In this document: piece after piece, positions 23,019 through 34,968 of the stretch | Layout of the letters: each line of letters starts with the position of its first letter | Numbering within the stretch: position 1 is the first letter of the stretch | NCBI GenBank assembly: GCA_964291625.2 | Contig: OZ220089.1 | Location: 608,001 to 672,000, forward strand | Reading direction: 5' to 3' | DNA: 64,000 nucleotides | DNA from: Candidatus Latescibacterota bacterium | GTDB taxonomy: Bacteria; Latescibacterota; UBA2968; UBA8231 | The notes under the pieces: model-generated | What the model was told of the DNA's origin: nothing | Database searches by the model: none | What the model saw: only the letters and a program-made list of their open reading frames with translations | Position numbers and translations under genes: made by a program

Positions 23019-24541
23019 CGGTCCATCTCGGAAGCGATGACGTTGAGGCTGGCCACCACCTGCGGTGCCTGGTCGTACCCGAGCCCGGCCAGCAGCGCCG
23101 GGAGGAGGCGGAAGTGGTACAGCGACGGAGAGCGCATGTGGACCCGGGCCGGTCCGCCGGTGCCGTCGGAGACCAGGTAGAAGGCCAGCTCGCCGTCGGC
23201 GGACTCGATGGGGAGGTAGATGTCGTGCCGGACGGGACGATACCCGTGCCCGTCCATCCAGCGCCCGAAGTGGTCGATCAGCTCGGCGGGCTCCGTGGAG
23301 CGCTCCGTCGGCCGGGGGGTCTCGTGCGCCAGGGTCGGTCCGCCGGGGGCTCCGGTCACGCACTGCCGGGCGATGGAGAGGGACTCCCCCATCTCCTCGA
23401 GACGGACCCGCGTGCGGTCGACGATGTCGCCCGAGTCCGCCGTGGGCACGCGGAACCGGACCTCCCCGTACGCGAGATAGGGATCGGTGCGCCGCACGTC
23501 CAGGTCGATACCCGCGGCGCGGGCCACCGGCCCCGTGGCCCCGGCGCCCAAGGCCTCGGCGGCGTCGAGAGCCCCGGCGCCGGAGAAGCGGCGGCGCCAG
23601 TGCCGGTGGTCCACGGTGCTGCGCAGGGCATCCGAGCGCAGCCGGTCGACGGCGCTTCCCAGGTCGGCCAGCAAGCGGATGGCGCCGGCGGGCACGTCGG
23701 CGGCGATCCCGCCGAGGCGCTGGGTGCCGGTGGCCCAGCGGCTGCCGCTGGCGGCGGAGAGGAAGCGCGCCGCCGCCTCCCGGGCGGTCAGGGCCTGGCC
23801 CCACAGGGCGGAATCAGGCCCCGCCAGGTTGGCCAGCCAGGCGCAGTGGGCGCCGACGCGGCCGATCTCGGCCAGCAGCATTCGCACCCAGTTGCACCGG
23901 GGCGGCGGCGTGATCCCCAGCAGGGCCTCGGCGGCGAGGACCGCCGCCAGCCCGGGCGCGGACGGCGCCTGCTCGTTGAGGCTCTCGGCCAGCACCGGCA
24001 GCTGGGCCCATGTGCGGCCCTCGGCGAGTCTCTCGAAGCCGCTGTGGAGCCGTCCCGGGCGGGCCGTGGCGGTCTCGATCCGGCCGCCGCGCAGGCGCGC
24101 CCCGAGGTCGAGCCGGAAGGGGGTGGCCAGGGAGGGATCGTGGATCGGCACCTCCCCCTCCGGCGGCGTTGGAGGCATCTCTCCGGGGACCATGGCCTGC
24201 GAGGCGGAGAAGAGGGGCCGCAGGTCATCCCGCCCCCCGATGCGCATCCCGAAGCGGCCGGCCATCTCCCGCTCCGGCCAGTCGGCGGCTGGCCAGACGT
24301 GGGCCAGCCCCGGCAGCTCGCCGGTGCCGGCGGCGGTCAGCCGGGTGCGGTTGCCCGCCGCCGAGCGGAGCTGGTAGACCGCCCGGAACCGAGGATCGGG
24401 GCTCGCGCCGCCCACGGCGGTGAGGTCGACGAGATGCAGGGTCGGGTCCGCGGCGAGCAGGGCCGCCGCCTGCGCCTCCAGCCGGCCGGCGGAGACCTCC
24501 AGGACCGCCGCCGCGGCCTCCGGCGGGGCGGTGGCCGTCAC
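23015..24541 (-). CDS. nuoCD: Divergent fused NuoC/D-like subunit
   Basis: DLTAV, WPAADWPEREMAGRFG (NuoC part); LHSGFERLAE, DVRRTDPY, ESADGEL, MRSPS, EMDR (NuoD part). Confidence 0.85.
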   Translation of the reverse strand: MTATAPPEAAAAVLEVSAGRLEAQAAALLAADPTLHLVDLTAVGGASPDPRFRAVYQLRSAAGNRTRLTAAGTGELPGLAHVWPAADWPEREMAGRFGMRIGGRDDLRPLFSASQAMVPGEMPPTPPEGEVPIHDPSLATPFRLDLGARLRGGRIETATARPGRLHSGFERLAEGRTWAQLPVLAESLNEQAPSAPGLAAVLAAEALLGITPPPRCNWVRMLLAEIGRVGAHCAWLANLAGPDSALWGQALTAREAAARFLSAASGSRWATGTQRLGGIAADVPAGAIRLLADLGSAVDRLRSDALRSTVDHRHWRRRFSGAGALDAAEALGAGATGPVARAAGIDLDVRRTDPYLAYGEVRFRVPTADSGDIVDRTRVRLEEMGESLSIARQCVTGAPGGPTLAHETPRPTERSTEPAELIDHFGRWMDGHGYRPVRHDIYLPIESADGELAFYLVSDGTGGPARVHMRSPSLYHFRLLPALLAGLGYDQAPQVVASLNVIASEMDR

Positions 24542-24876
24542 GTTGACTCCGCCGGGGAGGGCCGGCCTTCCCGGCGCCCGACGTGGATCAGGGCGATGAC
24601 GACGACCAGGAGGAGGAGCAGCATCGGGAGAACGGCTCCGGCGCCTTCGGGCCCCGCGGCGAGAAGCACGAGCAGCAGGACGGCGCCGGAAAGGGCCGGG
24701 GCGAGCCAGGCGAGGGGGCGCCACGAGTCCTCGGTCTCCACCTCGCCGCCGCCGGCCATGGCGGACGACGGGGGCTTCCTGGCGGGGCCGGCGAGGGCGC
24801 GCCTCAGCAGCGCGGCCAGGACCCCCAGCAGCAGCCAGAGACCGAGATAGGTGACGAGGGGCAGGTAAGCGGTCAA
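24538..24876 (-). CDS. nuoA: Divergent NuoA-like subunit
   Basis: 112 aa, three hydrophobic segments, YLPLV..K..REG pattern; first gene of the nuo-like run. Confidence 0.55.
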   Translation of the reverse strand: MTAYLPLVTYLGLWLLLGVLAALLRRALAGPARKPPSSAMAGGGEVETEDSWRPLAWLAPALSGAVLLLVLLAAGPEGAGAVLPMLLLLLVVVIALIHVGRREGRPSPAEST

Positions 24877-24934
24877 CGACCGGCCTCCCGGGGTTGGAGG
24901 TGGTCCCGGCGCCGCGGGAAACCGCCCTTCGGCT

Positions 24935-25195
24935 TCAGACGGTGGCCTTCTCGCGGACCTCCCGGAGTGGCCCCGCGGCGGGGGCCGCGGCCGGGTCGAA
25001 GCGGCCCTCGCGGCCGGTGCCGCAGGAGTCGCCGGGCCGGGCTCCGCACTCGCACATGGGCTCGCCGTCCCCGGTCTGCAGGTTGGCCAGGCCGCCGCAG
25101 GAGCCGGTGATCCTGCGGTTGCCGAGGATCACCCCCACGGCCATGCCGGCGATCACCAGGGTGAAGACGACGAGGGCTGATAGAAAGAGGGTCAT
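24935..25195 (-). CDS. nqrM: Na+-NQR maturation factor NqrM (DUF539)
   Basis: TM segment, then [18 protein letters not shown], directly after nqrF. Confidence 0.85.
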   Translation of the reverse strand: MTLFLSALVVFTLVIAGMAVGVILGNRRITGSCGGLANLQTGDGEPMCECGARPGDSCGTGREGRFDPAAAPAAGPLREVREKATV

Positions 25196-25226
25196 GGGGG
25201 ACGTGCAAGCACTCGCGGAGGGAGCC

Positions 25227-26465
25227 TCAGCTGCCGAAGTCGTCGAAGCGGATCATCTCCTCTTCGACGCCCAGATCGTCGAGCATGGCGAGGACCGCCG
25301 TGAGCATCATGGGAGGGCCGCAGAGGTAGTACTCGATGTCCTCCGGCGCCGGGTGCTTGCTGAGGTACTCGTCGAGCACGACCTGGTGGATGAACCCGGT
25401 GGGTCCGGTCCAGTTGTCCTCGGGCAGGGGCTCGGACATGGCCACGTGGAAGGAGAAGTTCGGGAACTTCTCCTCCAGGTCGCGGAAGTGGTCCTCGTAG
25501 AACAGCTCCTTGCTCGACCGCGCCCCGTACCAGTAGGAGACCTTGCGCTGCGTGCTCTCGGTGTGGAACAGGTGAAACAGGTGCGAGCGCAGGGGCGCCA
25601 TGCCGGCGCCGCCGCCGATGTAGCACATCTCGCGGTCGGTCTCCTGGATGTAGAACTCCCCGTAGGGTCCGGAGATCGTCACCTTGTCCCCCGGGTCGAG
25701 GGCGAAGGTGTACGACGAGGCCAGCCCCGGGTTGACCTTCTCCCAGCCGCCGGCCTTGCGGTCGATGGGCGGCGTGGCGATGCGGATGTTGAGCATGACC
25801 ATGTCGCCCTCGGCCGGGTGGTTGGCCATGGAGTAGGCCCGCACCACCGTCTCGGTCCCCACCGTCTGCAGGTCCCAGACCTTGAACCGGTCCCAGTCCT
25901 CGTGGAAGCGCGCGTCGATGTCGAAGTCGCGGAAGCTGCACCGGAAGGGCGGCACCTCGATCTGGATGAAGCCGCCGGACTGGAAGTCGAGGGTTTCGCC
26001 CTCGGGCAGCTTGAGGACCAGCTCCTTGATGAAGGTCGCCACGTTGTCGTTGGAGACGACCTCGCACTCCATGCGCTTCACCGAGAACACCTCGGGCGGG
26101 ACCTCGATCTGCATGTCCTGCTTGACCGTGACCTGGCACGAGAGGCGCTCCCCCTCCTTCTCCTCGCGCCGGGTGATGTGCTCCTTCTCGGTGGCCAGGA
26201 TCTCGCCGCCGCCGTCGTGGACCTTGACCCGGCACTGGGCGCAGGTGCCGCCGCCGCCGCAGGCCGAGGAGACGAAGAGTCCGTTGTCGGCGAGCACGTT
26301 CAGCAGCTTGCCGCCCGCCGGGGTGACCAGGTCGCGCTCGCCGTTGACCTCGATGTTGACGTCCCCCGTGGCCACCAGCTTCGAGCGCGCCGCCAGGATG
26401 ACGGCCACCAGGGCCAGGACCACGCCGGTGAACATGCTCACGCCGCCGAGGACGCTGTCGATCAT
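25227..26465 (-). CDS. nqrF: Na+-NQR subunit F
   Basis: [38 protein letters not shown]. Confidence 0.97.
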   Translation of the reverse strand: MIDSVLGGVSMFTGVVLALVAVILAARSKLVATGDVNIEVNGERDLVTPAGGKLLNVLADNGLFVSSACGGGGTCAQCRVKVHDGGGEILATEKEHITRREEKEGERLSCQVTVKQDMQIEVPPEVFSVKRMECEVVSNDNVATFIKELVLKLPEGETLDFQSGGFIQIEVPPFRCSFRDFDIDARFHEDWDRFKVWDLQTVGTETVVRAYSMANHPAEGDMVMLNIRIATPPIDRKAGGWEKVNPGLASSYTFALDPGDKVTISGPYGEFYIQETDREMCYIGGGAGMAPLRSHLFHLFHTESTQRKVSYWYGARSSKELFYEDHFRDLEEKFPNFSFHVAMSEPLPEDNWTGPTGFIHQVVLDEYLSKHPAPEDIEYYLCGPPMMLTAVLAMLDDLGVEEEMIRFDDFGS

Positions 26466-26479
26466 GAGTCGTCCGCTTC

Positions 26480-27094
26480 CTACAGCTGGATGCCGGAGAA
26501 GGCCATGAAGGCCATGGCCATGAGGCCCACGGTCATGAAGGTGATGCCCAGGCCGCGCAGGCCATGGGGTATGTCGGCGTAGCGCAGCTTCTCGCGGATG
26601 CCGGCGAGGCCGACGATGGCCAGGGCCCAGCCGACGCCGGAGCCGAAGCCGAAGACGACGCTCTCGCCGAAGCCGTAATCGCGCTCGACCATGAACAGGG
26701 AGCCGCCGAGGATGGCGCAGTTCACCGTGATCAGGGGCAGGAAGATGCCCAGGGCGTTGTACAGGGCCGGCACGTACTTGTCGAGGAACATCTCGAGGAT
26801 CTGAACGCTGGCGGCGATGACGCCGATGTAGCTGATGAGCCCCACGAAGGTGAGGTCGACGCCCCCGAGGCCGAGGGCGGCCAGGGCCTCCTCGCGCAGC
26901 AAGTGGCGGTAGACCAGGTTGTTCAGGGGCACGGTGATCGTCTGCACGACGACGACGGCGATGCCGAGGCCGAAGGAGGTGGAGACGCGCTTGGAGACGG
27001 CCAGGAAGGTGCACATGCCGAGGAAGAAGGCGAGGGCGATGTTCTCGACGAAGACCGCCTTGACGAAGAGGTTGAGGCCGGCCTCGAACATCAC
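26480..27094 (-). CDS. nqrE: Na+-NQR subunit E
   Basis: [28 protein letters not shown]. Confidence 0.95.
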   Translation of the reverse strand: MMFEAGLNLFVKAVFVENIALAFFLGMCTFLAVSKRVSTSFGLGIAVVVVQTITVPLNNLVYRHLLREEALAALGLGGVDLTFVGLISYIGVIAASVQILEMFLDKYVPALYNALGIFLPLITVNCAILGGSLFMVERDYGFGESVVFGFGSGVGWALAIVGLAGIREKLRYADIPHGLRGLGITFMTVGLMAMAFMAFSGIQL

Positions 27095-27744
27095 ACCCCC
27101 TCCTCAAGCGGCTGATCGACCGCAGGATCTTTGGTGATCTGCCTGGGTTTGAACCATCGCAGCACCCAGATGAAGGCGCCGATGATGAAGAAGGCGCTCG
27201 GCGGCAGCAGCATCAGGCCGTTGGGCACGTACCAGCCGCCCTCCGAGGCCAGGGCCAGGATCTCGGCGCCGAAGAGCATGCCCGAGCCGAAGAGCTCGCG
27301 GAAGACGCCCACCACCAGCAGGATCAGGCTGTAGCCGAGGGCGTTGCCGAGGCCGTCGAGCATGCTCAGCCCGACGCCCTCCTTCATGGCGAAGGCCTCG
27401 GCCCGCCCCATGATGATGCAGTTGGTGATGATGAGCCCCACGAAGACCGACAACTGCTTGCTCATGCCGAAGGCATAGGCGCGCAGAAACTGGTCGACGA
27501 TGATCACCAGGGAGGCGATGACCGTCATGTGCACGATCATGCGGATGTTGGTGGGTATGTGCTGGCGGATCAGGCTGATGGCGCCGTTGGAGAACACGAG
27601 GACGAAGATCACCGCCAGGCACATGGTGACCGACGTCTCGAGCTTGCTGGTCACCGCCAGGGCCGAGCAGATCCCGAGGATCTGCAGGGCGATGGGGTTG
27701 TCCTCGAAGACGGGGGCCAGCAGGGTGTCTCGGGCCTTGCCCAT
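27091..27744 (-). CDS. nqrD: Na+-NQR subunit D
   Basis: [31 protein letters not shown]. Confidence 0.95.
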   Translation of the reverse strand: MGKARDTLLAPVFEDNPIALQILGICSALAVTSKLETSVTMCLAVIFVLVFSNGAISLIRQHIPTNIRMIVHMTVIASLVIIVDQFLRAYAFGMSKQLSVFVGLIITNCIIMGRAEAFAMKEGVGLSMLDGLGNALGYSLILLVVGVFRELFGSGMLFGAEILALASEGGWYVPNGLMLLPPSAFFIIGAFIWVLRWFKPRQITKDPAVDQPLEEGV

Positions 27745-27747
27745 GGT

Positions 27748-28524
27748 TCAAGCCTCTCCTTCGTCCCGCAAGCGCTCCAGGAAGGGGCCGTAGCCCTCCC
27801 CGCCGAGCCAGTAGTGGAGCATGTCCTGCACGCCGCGCGAGGTGATGGTGGCCCCCGACAGCCCGTCGACGCTGTGCACCGCATCCGGGGCGCCGGCGGC
27901 GACGGCGCCCCGCGGGATGCGGACCGCCACCCGGCCGTCGTCGCCGAAGGCGCGCTTGCCGTTCCACTGCGCCTTCCAGGCCGGGTTGTCGACCTCGCCG
28001 CCGAGGCCGGGGGTCTCGCCGTGCTGGTAATATACGAGGCTGCGGATCGTGTTGAGGTCGTCCCGGTCGAGGGCGACGAAGCCGTAGAGGGTCGACCACA
28101 GGCCCCGGCCGAAGATCGGCATGATCACCTTGTCCACCTCTCCACGGCGGCTGACCAGGTAGACGGGCATCAGCCTGGCGCGGCGCCGGATGCCGGCGCG
28201 GCTGCCCAGCTCGGAGGTGTCCACGCCCTGCTCGGGATCGGCGGCGGCGGCGATGTAGTCGTAGGTGCCGGGATCGATGCCGTCGACGTAGCCGCCGGTG
28301 GCCAGGTCGACGACGCGGACGTCGATGCGCTCGAAGAGCTCGTCGACGCTGCCGTCCTGCTCGGAGAGGCCCGCCGCCATCAGGATGTTGCGCTTCTTGT
28401 CCAGCAGCTTGTTGATCTCCTGGGTGGGCCGCAGCACCACGGCCGCCCCGGAGACGAGGACCGAGCAGACGACGCACAGCAGGAAGGCGACGGTGAAGGT
28501 CTGGCCGATGGTCTCTCGGGCCAT
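27748..28524 (-). CDS. nqrC: Na+-NQR subunit C
   Basis: GLWSTLYG, GETPGLGGEV, FMN-attachment motif DGLSGATITS. Confidence 0.95.
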   Translation of the reverse strand: MARETIGQTFTVAFLLCVVCSVLVSGAAVVLRPTQEINKLLDKKRNILMAAGLSEQDGSVDELFERIDVRVVDLATGGYVDGIDPGTYDYIAAAADPEQGVDTSELGSRAGIRRRARLMPVYLVSRRGEVDKVIMPIFGRGLWSTLYGFVALDRDDLNTIRSLVYYQHGETPGLGGEVDNPAWKAQWNGKRAFGDDGRVAVRIPRGAVAAGAPDAVHSVDGLSGATITSRGVQDMLHYWLGGEGYGPFLERLRDEGEA

Positions 28525-28535
28525 GGGGCCGTCTC

Positions 28536-29744
28536 CTACGAAACGGCGGTGCGCAGGGCGCGCCGGCGGATGTTGGCCTGCACCACGAGGTAGTCGAAGA
28601 CCGGGGCGAAGATGTTGCCGAAGAGGATGGCGAGCATCACCCCCTCCGGGAAGGCCGGATTGACGACCCGGATGAGCACGGTCATGACTCCGATGAGGGC
28701 GCCGTAGAGCCACTTGCCGAGGTTGGTGAAGGAGGCCGACACGGGGTCGGTGGCCATGTATACGCAACCGAAGGCGAAGCCTCCGAGCAACAGGTGCCAG
28801 ACGGGGTCCAGGGCGAACATGTGGTTGGTCTGGCTGTCGACCTGGTGCAGCAGCCACGCCAGCAGGAAGGTGGTGGCCGTCATGCTGGCCATGATCCGCC
28901 ACGAGCCGATGCCGGTGGCGATGAGGATGACGGCGCCGATGAGGCAGGCTAGGACCGAGGTCTCGCCCATCGACCCGGGGAGCACCCCGAGGAAGGCCTG
29001 CATCTTGGTCAGGCCCGCCTCCATGGGGGCGATGCCGTCGGCCGGCACCTGGCCGAGGGGGGTGGCCCGGGAGTAGCCGTCGACGGCGACCCAGATGCGG
29101 TCGCCCGTGATCTCCACCGGGTAGGCGAAGTAGAGGAAGGCCCGGGCCGTGAGGGCGGGGTTGAGGAAGTTCTTGCCCGTGCCCCCGAAGATCTCCTTGC
29201 CGATGACGACGCCGAAGGTGATGCCCACGGCGACCTGCCACAGGGGGATCGTCGGCGGCAGGGTGAGAGGGAAGAGCATGCCCGTCACCAGGAAGCCCTC
29301 GTTCACCTCGTGGCGGCGGATCGTCGAGAACAGGGCCTCCCAGAAGCCGCCCACGGCGTTGCAGACCAGGAAGACCGGCAGGAACCAGAGGGCGCCGTGG
29401 ACGACGTTGGCCACCAGGCTGCCCGGGTCGACGCCGACCCCGAGGACCGTGAGGACGACCCCGCGCCAGCCGTCGGCGGAGGTGCGGCCGAGCTCGGCCA
29501 GGGCCAGGTTCGCCTGGTACCCCGTGTTCCACATGGCCATGAAGATGCACGGCACCATGGCCAGGACGACGGTGATCATCATGCGCTTCAGGTCGAGCCC
29601 GTCGCGCACGTGGGCGGCGTTGCCGGTGACGTCGGAGGGGGTGTAGAGGAAGGTGTCGACGAGCTCGTAGAGCGGGTAGAGGCGCTCGAGCCGGCCGCCC
29701 CGCTCGAAGTGGGGCTCCACGGAGTCGAGGAGCTGGCGCAGCAC
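28536..29744 (-). CDS. nqrB: Na+-NQR subunit B
   Basis: [38 protein letters not shown]. Confidence 0.95.
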   Translation of the reverse strand: MLRQLLDSVEPHFERGGRLERLYPLYELVDTFLYTPSDVTGNAAHVRDGLDLKRMMITVVLAMVPCIFMAMWNTGYQANLALAELGRTSADGWRGVVLTVLGVGVDPGSLVANVVHGALWFLPVFLVCNAVGGFWEALFSTIRRHEVNEGFLVTGMLFPLTLPPTIPLWQVAVGITFGVVIGKEIFGGTGKNFLNPALTARAFLYFAYPVEITGDRIWVAVDGYSRATPLGQVPADGIAPMEAGLTKMQAFLGVLPGSMGETSVLACLIGAVILIATGIGSWRIMASMTATTFLLAWLLHQVDSQTNHMFALDPVWHLLLGGFAFGCVYMATDPVSASFTNLGKWLYGALIGVMTVLIRVVNPAFPEGVMLAILFGNIFAPVFDYLVVQANIRRRALRTAVS

Positions 29745-29746
29745 GA

Positions 29747-31105
29747 TCAGAAATCCCTCTCGATGAGTTCGAGGTTCTGCCGCAGCAGCGGCCCGTACTC
29801 GGTCTTGCCCGGGCAGACGAAGGTGCACAGCCCGAGATCTTCCTCGTCGAGCTCCAGCGCGCCCAGCTCGACGGCGCGCTCGGCGTCGCCGGTGATCAGG
29901 GCCCGCAGCAGGAAGGTGGGCAGGATGTCGAGGGGCATGACCGCCTCGTAGGAGCCCACCGGCACCATGGCCCGCGGCGAGCCGTTGGTGCTGGTGTCGA
30001 AGGCGAACCGCCGCCGGGGGAGCATGGCCGAGGCGAAGACCCGCTTCACCGAGAACCTGTCGGCTCCCGGGGACTGCCAGCCGAGGAGCTCGCGCTCGCG
30101 GTTCTCGCGCACCGCCGAGACCTGCAGGTGCCAGCGGCCGAGGTAGTCGAGGGGCCCGGAGGCCTGGCGCCCGGCGAGCAGCGATCCGGAGACGACGCGC
30201 GCCTCCACCCCGGAGGTCAGCTCCCCGGCGACGAGATCGCCGATGCAGGCGCCCATGCGCGTGCGCAGGAGACGGGGCCGCTCGACCACCGGCCCGCCGA
30301 GGGCGACGACGCGCTCGTGGTTGATGCGCCCCGTCAGGAAGAGGTCGCCCACGGCGGCCACGTCCTGGTAGTTGATCCAGAACACCTGCTTCTGCAGGCC
30401 GGCGCCGTCGAGGAAGTGGATGTGGGTCCCGGCGAGGCCCGCCGGGTGGGGCCCGCCGAACTCGGCCACGGTGACGTCGGCGCCGTCCACCGGGATGGCG
30501 GCGCCCGGGGCCTTGCACAGGTAGATCTCGCCGGCGCCCAGACGGCCGAGGGCGGCCAGGCCGGCGCGGAAGGCGTCCTCGCGGCCGGCGAGGGCGGCGG
30601 CGGGGTCGGCGCACAGCGGGTTGGTGTCGATGGCGGTGACGAAAATCGAGTGGGGCCGGGTGTCGGGCAGGGGCACCTTGCTGTAGGGGCGCTGCCGCAG
30701 CCCGGTCCACAGGCCGGACTGGACGAGGGCGCCGCGGACCTGCTCGGGACTCAGATCCTCGGGGCGGCGGCCGCCGACATCGAAGGTCTCCTCGCCGCCG
30801 CGGTCGTCCAGCTCGACGATGACCGAGAGCAGCCTGCGCTTGTCGCCGCGGTGCACGCCGACCACCTTGCCGGCCCCGGGGGAGGTGAAGCGCAGGCCGG
30901 GCCTCCGCTTGTCCTCGAACAGCAACTGGCCGGCGCGGACGCTGTCGCCCTCCTGCACCGCCATGGTCGGCCGCAGGTCGTGGTAGTCGAGGCCGACGAG
31001 GGCCACCCGCTCCGGGGGCCGAGCGTCCTCCACGACCTGCCGGCACTCGCCCGTGATCGGCAGGTCGAGACCCTTGCGGAGGGTGAAGGAGCGCTTCTCA
31101 GCCAT
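29747..31105 (-). CDS. nqrA: Na+-NQR subunit A
   Basis: [33 protein letters not shown]. Confidence 0.95.
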   Translation of the reverse strand: MAEKRSFTLRKGLDLPITGECRQVVEDARPPERVALVGLDYHDLRPTMAVQEGDSVRAGQLLFEDKRRPGLRFTSPGAGKVVGVHRGDKRRLLSVIVELDDRGGEETFDVGGRRPEDLSPEQVRGALVQSGLWTGLRQRPYSKVPLPDTRPHSIFVTAIDTNPLCADPAAALAGREDAFRAGLAALGRLGAGEIYLCKAPGAAIPVDGADVTVAEFGGPHPAGLAGTHIHFLDGAGLQKQVFWINYQDVAAVGDLFLTGRINHERVVALGGPVVERPRLLRTRMGACIGDLVAGELTSGVEARVVSGSLLAGRQASGPLDYLGRWHLQVSAVRENRERELLGWQSPGADRFSVKRVFASAMLPRRRFAFDTSTNGSPRAMVPVGSYEAVMPLDILPTFLLRALITGDAERAVELGALELDEEDLGLCTFVCPGKTEYGPLLRQNLELIERDF

Positions 31106-31281
31106 GGCGGGGCGGAACGGCTGGACGTGGAGTGGCGCCCCGGAGGGCCCGATCTGGAGGCAGGGCGCAACCCGGTCGCGTCGGGTGGAAGTACAAGGCT
31201 TGCTGTCGGCGATCCGTGGGGGAGGTGTGGACTGGATACGCACCGGGAACCGGCGCTGTGACATCGTCCTGAAGTTGAGTT

Positions 31282-31310
31282 AGGTTAGGGCCGCCGCCGA
31301 GGACTGTCAA
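31282..31310 (-). promoter_or_regulatory. Sigma70 promoter for the nqr(-nuo-atp) cluster
   Basis: TTGACA-17 bp-TAACCT on the minus strand, about 175 bp upstream of nqrA. Confidence 0.75.
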
Positions 31311-31390
31311 GGATTCCCGCACACCCGTCGAGATGCCATGAAAACGAGCCCGTCGGCGCCGGCCGATTGGCAGCCGAAGGTGGTGAATCG

Positions 31391-32626
31391 GTGAGCCGGA
31401 GGGTCGTCGTCACCGGCCTCGGGGCGGTGACGCCTCTCGGCTCCGGTGCGGCGCGTTTCTGGGACCGGTTGTGCGCCGGCCGGTCCGGGGTCGGGCCGAT
31501 CACCCTCTTCGATGCCGGGGCCTTCCCGGTGCGCATCGCCGGCGAGGTCGCCGGCTTCAGCCTGCCCGCCGGGATCGACCGCAAGCGCCTCCGGCGCCTG
31601 GACCGCTACGCCCTGTTCGGAGTCTCGGCGGCGCTGCAGGCCTGGCGCGACGCCGGCGTCGAGGACCACGATCCCTGGCAGGCGGGGATCGTCCTCGGTT
31701 CCAGCCACGGCGGCGAGAGCACGGCCATCCAGGCCGCGGCGGCCCTCGGTCCCCGGCCCTCGCCGAAAGCGGCCAGCCCCCTGGTGATCCCGCGCATGCT
31801 CAACAACATGGCCGCCGCCCAGGCGGCGATGCTCCTCGACCTGCGCGGCCCGGGCTTCGCCCTCGCCTCGGCGTGCGCCACCGGCGGACACGCCCTCGGC
31901 GAGGCATCCGAGATCATCCGCAGGGGGGATGCCGAGGTGATGGTCGCCGGCGCCGCCGAGGCCTGCATCACCCCCCTTACCTTGGCCGGCGACAACGCCC
32001 TCGGAGCCCTGTCGCGGCGCAACGCCGAACCGCACCGGGCCTGTCGCCCCTTCGACCGCGACCGCGACGGCTTCGTCCTCGCCGAAGGTGCGGCCGCCCT
32101 GGTTCTGGAGGAGCGGGAGCGCGCCCGCGGACGCGGCGCCCGCGTCTACGCCGAGCTCTCCGGGTACGGAGCGACGACGGACGCCGTCCACGAGACGCGC
32201 CCCGACCCGACGGGTGCGGCCGCGGCCCGGGCGATCACCCGGGCCCTGGAGAAGTCCGGGACCGGCCCCCGCGAGGTCGACGCGGTCTTTGCCCACGCCG
32301 CCGGCACGCGGGCGGGCGACGCCGCCGAGGGCCGCGCCCTCGGCACCTCTCTCGGGGCGGCCCTCGGCGCCATCCCGGTGACCGCGGTCAAGTCGATGAC
32401 GGGCCACATGTTCGCCGCCTCCGGAGCGGCCCAGGCGGTGGCCGCGGTCAAGGCGATCGAGGCGGGGGCCGTCCCCCCCACGATCAACTGCGGGCGCATC
32501 GACGTGACCGAGGTCGCCTGCGTGCCCGGCGAGGTGCTGCGGAAGCCGCTGTCGCGGGCGCTTTCGAACTCCTTCGGTTTCGGCGGCCACAACGCCGCCC
32601 TCCTCTTCTCGGCGGCGGCCGCCTGA
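31391..32626 (+). CDS. fabF: Beta-ketoacyl-ACP synthase II-like protein
   Basis: RVVVTGLG, ASACATG (Cys), HAAGT, KSMTGH, SNSFGFGGHNA. Confidence 0.88.
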   Translation: MSRRVVVTGLGAVTPLGSGAARFWDRLCAGRSGVGPITLFDAGAFPVRIAGEVAGFSLPAGIDRKRLRRLDRYALFGVSAALQAWRDAGVEDHDPWQAGIVLGSSHGGESTAIQAAAALGPRPSPKAASPLVIPRMLNNMAAAQAAMLLDLRGPGFALASACATGGHALGEASEIIRRGDAEVMVAGAAEACITPLTLAGDNALGALSRRNAEPHRACRPFDRDRDGFVLAEGAAALVLEERERARGRGARVYAELSGYGATTDAVHETRPDPTGAAAARAITRALEKSGTGPREVDAVFAHAAGTRAGDAAEGRALGTSLGAALGAIPVTAVKSMTGHMFAASGAAQAVAAVKAIEAGAVPPTINCGRIDVTEVACVPGEVLRKPLSRALSNSFGFGGHNAALLFSAAAA

Positions 32627-32653
32627 AGGGCCGCTGATCCCACTGCATACCCA

Positions 32654-33642
32654 ATGGTTGAAACCGCCACCCTTCCCGCCTTCTCCACCCTCGCCGACAA
32701 GGCCATCGCCGGCGATCCACTGACCCCCGAGGAGTGCCGCGCGGTGCTCGCCGCCCCCGACGAGGAAGTGCCCGGTCTGCTCGCCGAGACCCACCGGGTG
32801 CGCCGCCGCTTCTGCGGCGACAAGGTGCACCTGCACGTCCTGATGAACGCCAAGAGCGGCCTCTGTCCCGAGGACTGCGGCTACTGCTCGCAGTCGCGCC
32901 TCTCGGAAGCGGCGATCGAGAAGTACCCCATGGTCAGCCGGGAGCGGCTCCTCGAAGAAGCACACGCCGCCCGCCGCTCCCGGGCCAGGCGTTTCTGCAT
33001 CGTCACCAGCGGCCGGGGCGCCACCTGGGGCGAGGTGGAATACCTGGCCGACGCCGTGCGCGCCATCCGGGAGGAGGTCGGTATCGGGATCTGCGCCTGC
33101 GTCGGTCTCCTCGACGAAGCGAAGGCGAAGGCCCTGAAGGAGGCCGGTGTCGACCGGTTGAACCACAATCTCAATACCAGCGAGCGGTTCACCCCCGGCA
33201 TCGTCACCACCCACGGATATGACGACCGCGTGAAGACGCTGGAGGCGGCGCGCAAGGCGGGCCTCGACCTGTGCAGCGGCGCCATCTTCGGCATGGGGGA
33301 AACCGACGACGACGTGATCGACGTCCTCATGGCGCTGCGCGACCTCGACCCGCAGTCGATACCGGTCAACTTCCTCCACCCCATCGACGGTACCCCGCTC
33401 GAGGGGACCTGGAGGCTGACCCCCCTGCACTGCCTGCGGATCCTGTGCCTGGCGCGGCTGCTGCATCCGCACCGGGAGATCCGCGTCGCCGGCGGGCGCG
33501 AGCTGCATCTGCGGTCGCTGCAGCCGCTGGCTCTCTACGCGGCGAACTCGATCTTCGTCGAGGGCTACCTCACCACCCCCGGACAGGGCACGAGGGAGGC
33601 CCTGCAGATGATCGAGGACATGGGGTTCGAGGTCGAAGAGGC

Positions 33643-33646
<4 letters not shown>
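32654..33646 (+). CDS. bioB: Biotin synthase
   Basis: CPEDCGYCSQS radical SAM motif, NHNLNTS, IPVNFL. Confidence 0.95.

Positions 33647-34968
<1,322 letters not shown>

Noticed and set aside
29055-29085. NqrB flavinylation motif SRAT instead of SGAT
   Set aside because: The target Thr and upstream Asp are retained, and this position varies among NqrB/RnfD proteins
31280-31289. TTAGGTTAGG resembling a DtxR/IdeR half-site, and a possible BirA site nearby
   Set aside because: No matching second half-site; the sequence is explained by the -10 box of the nqr promoter
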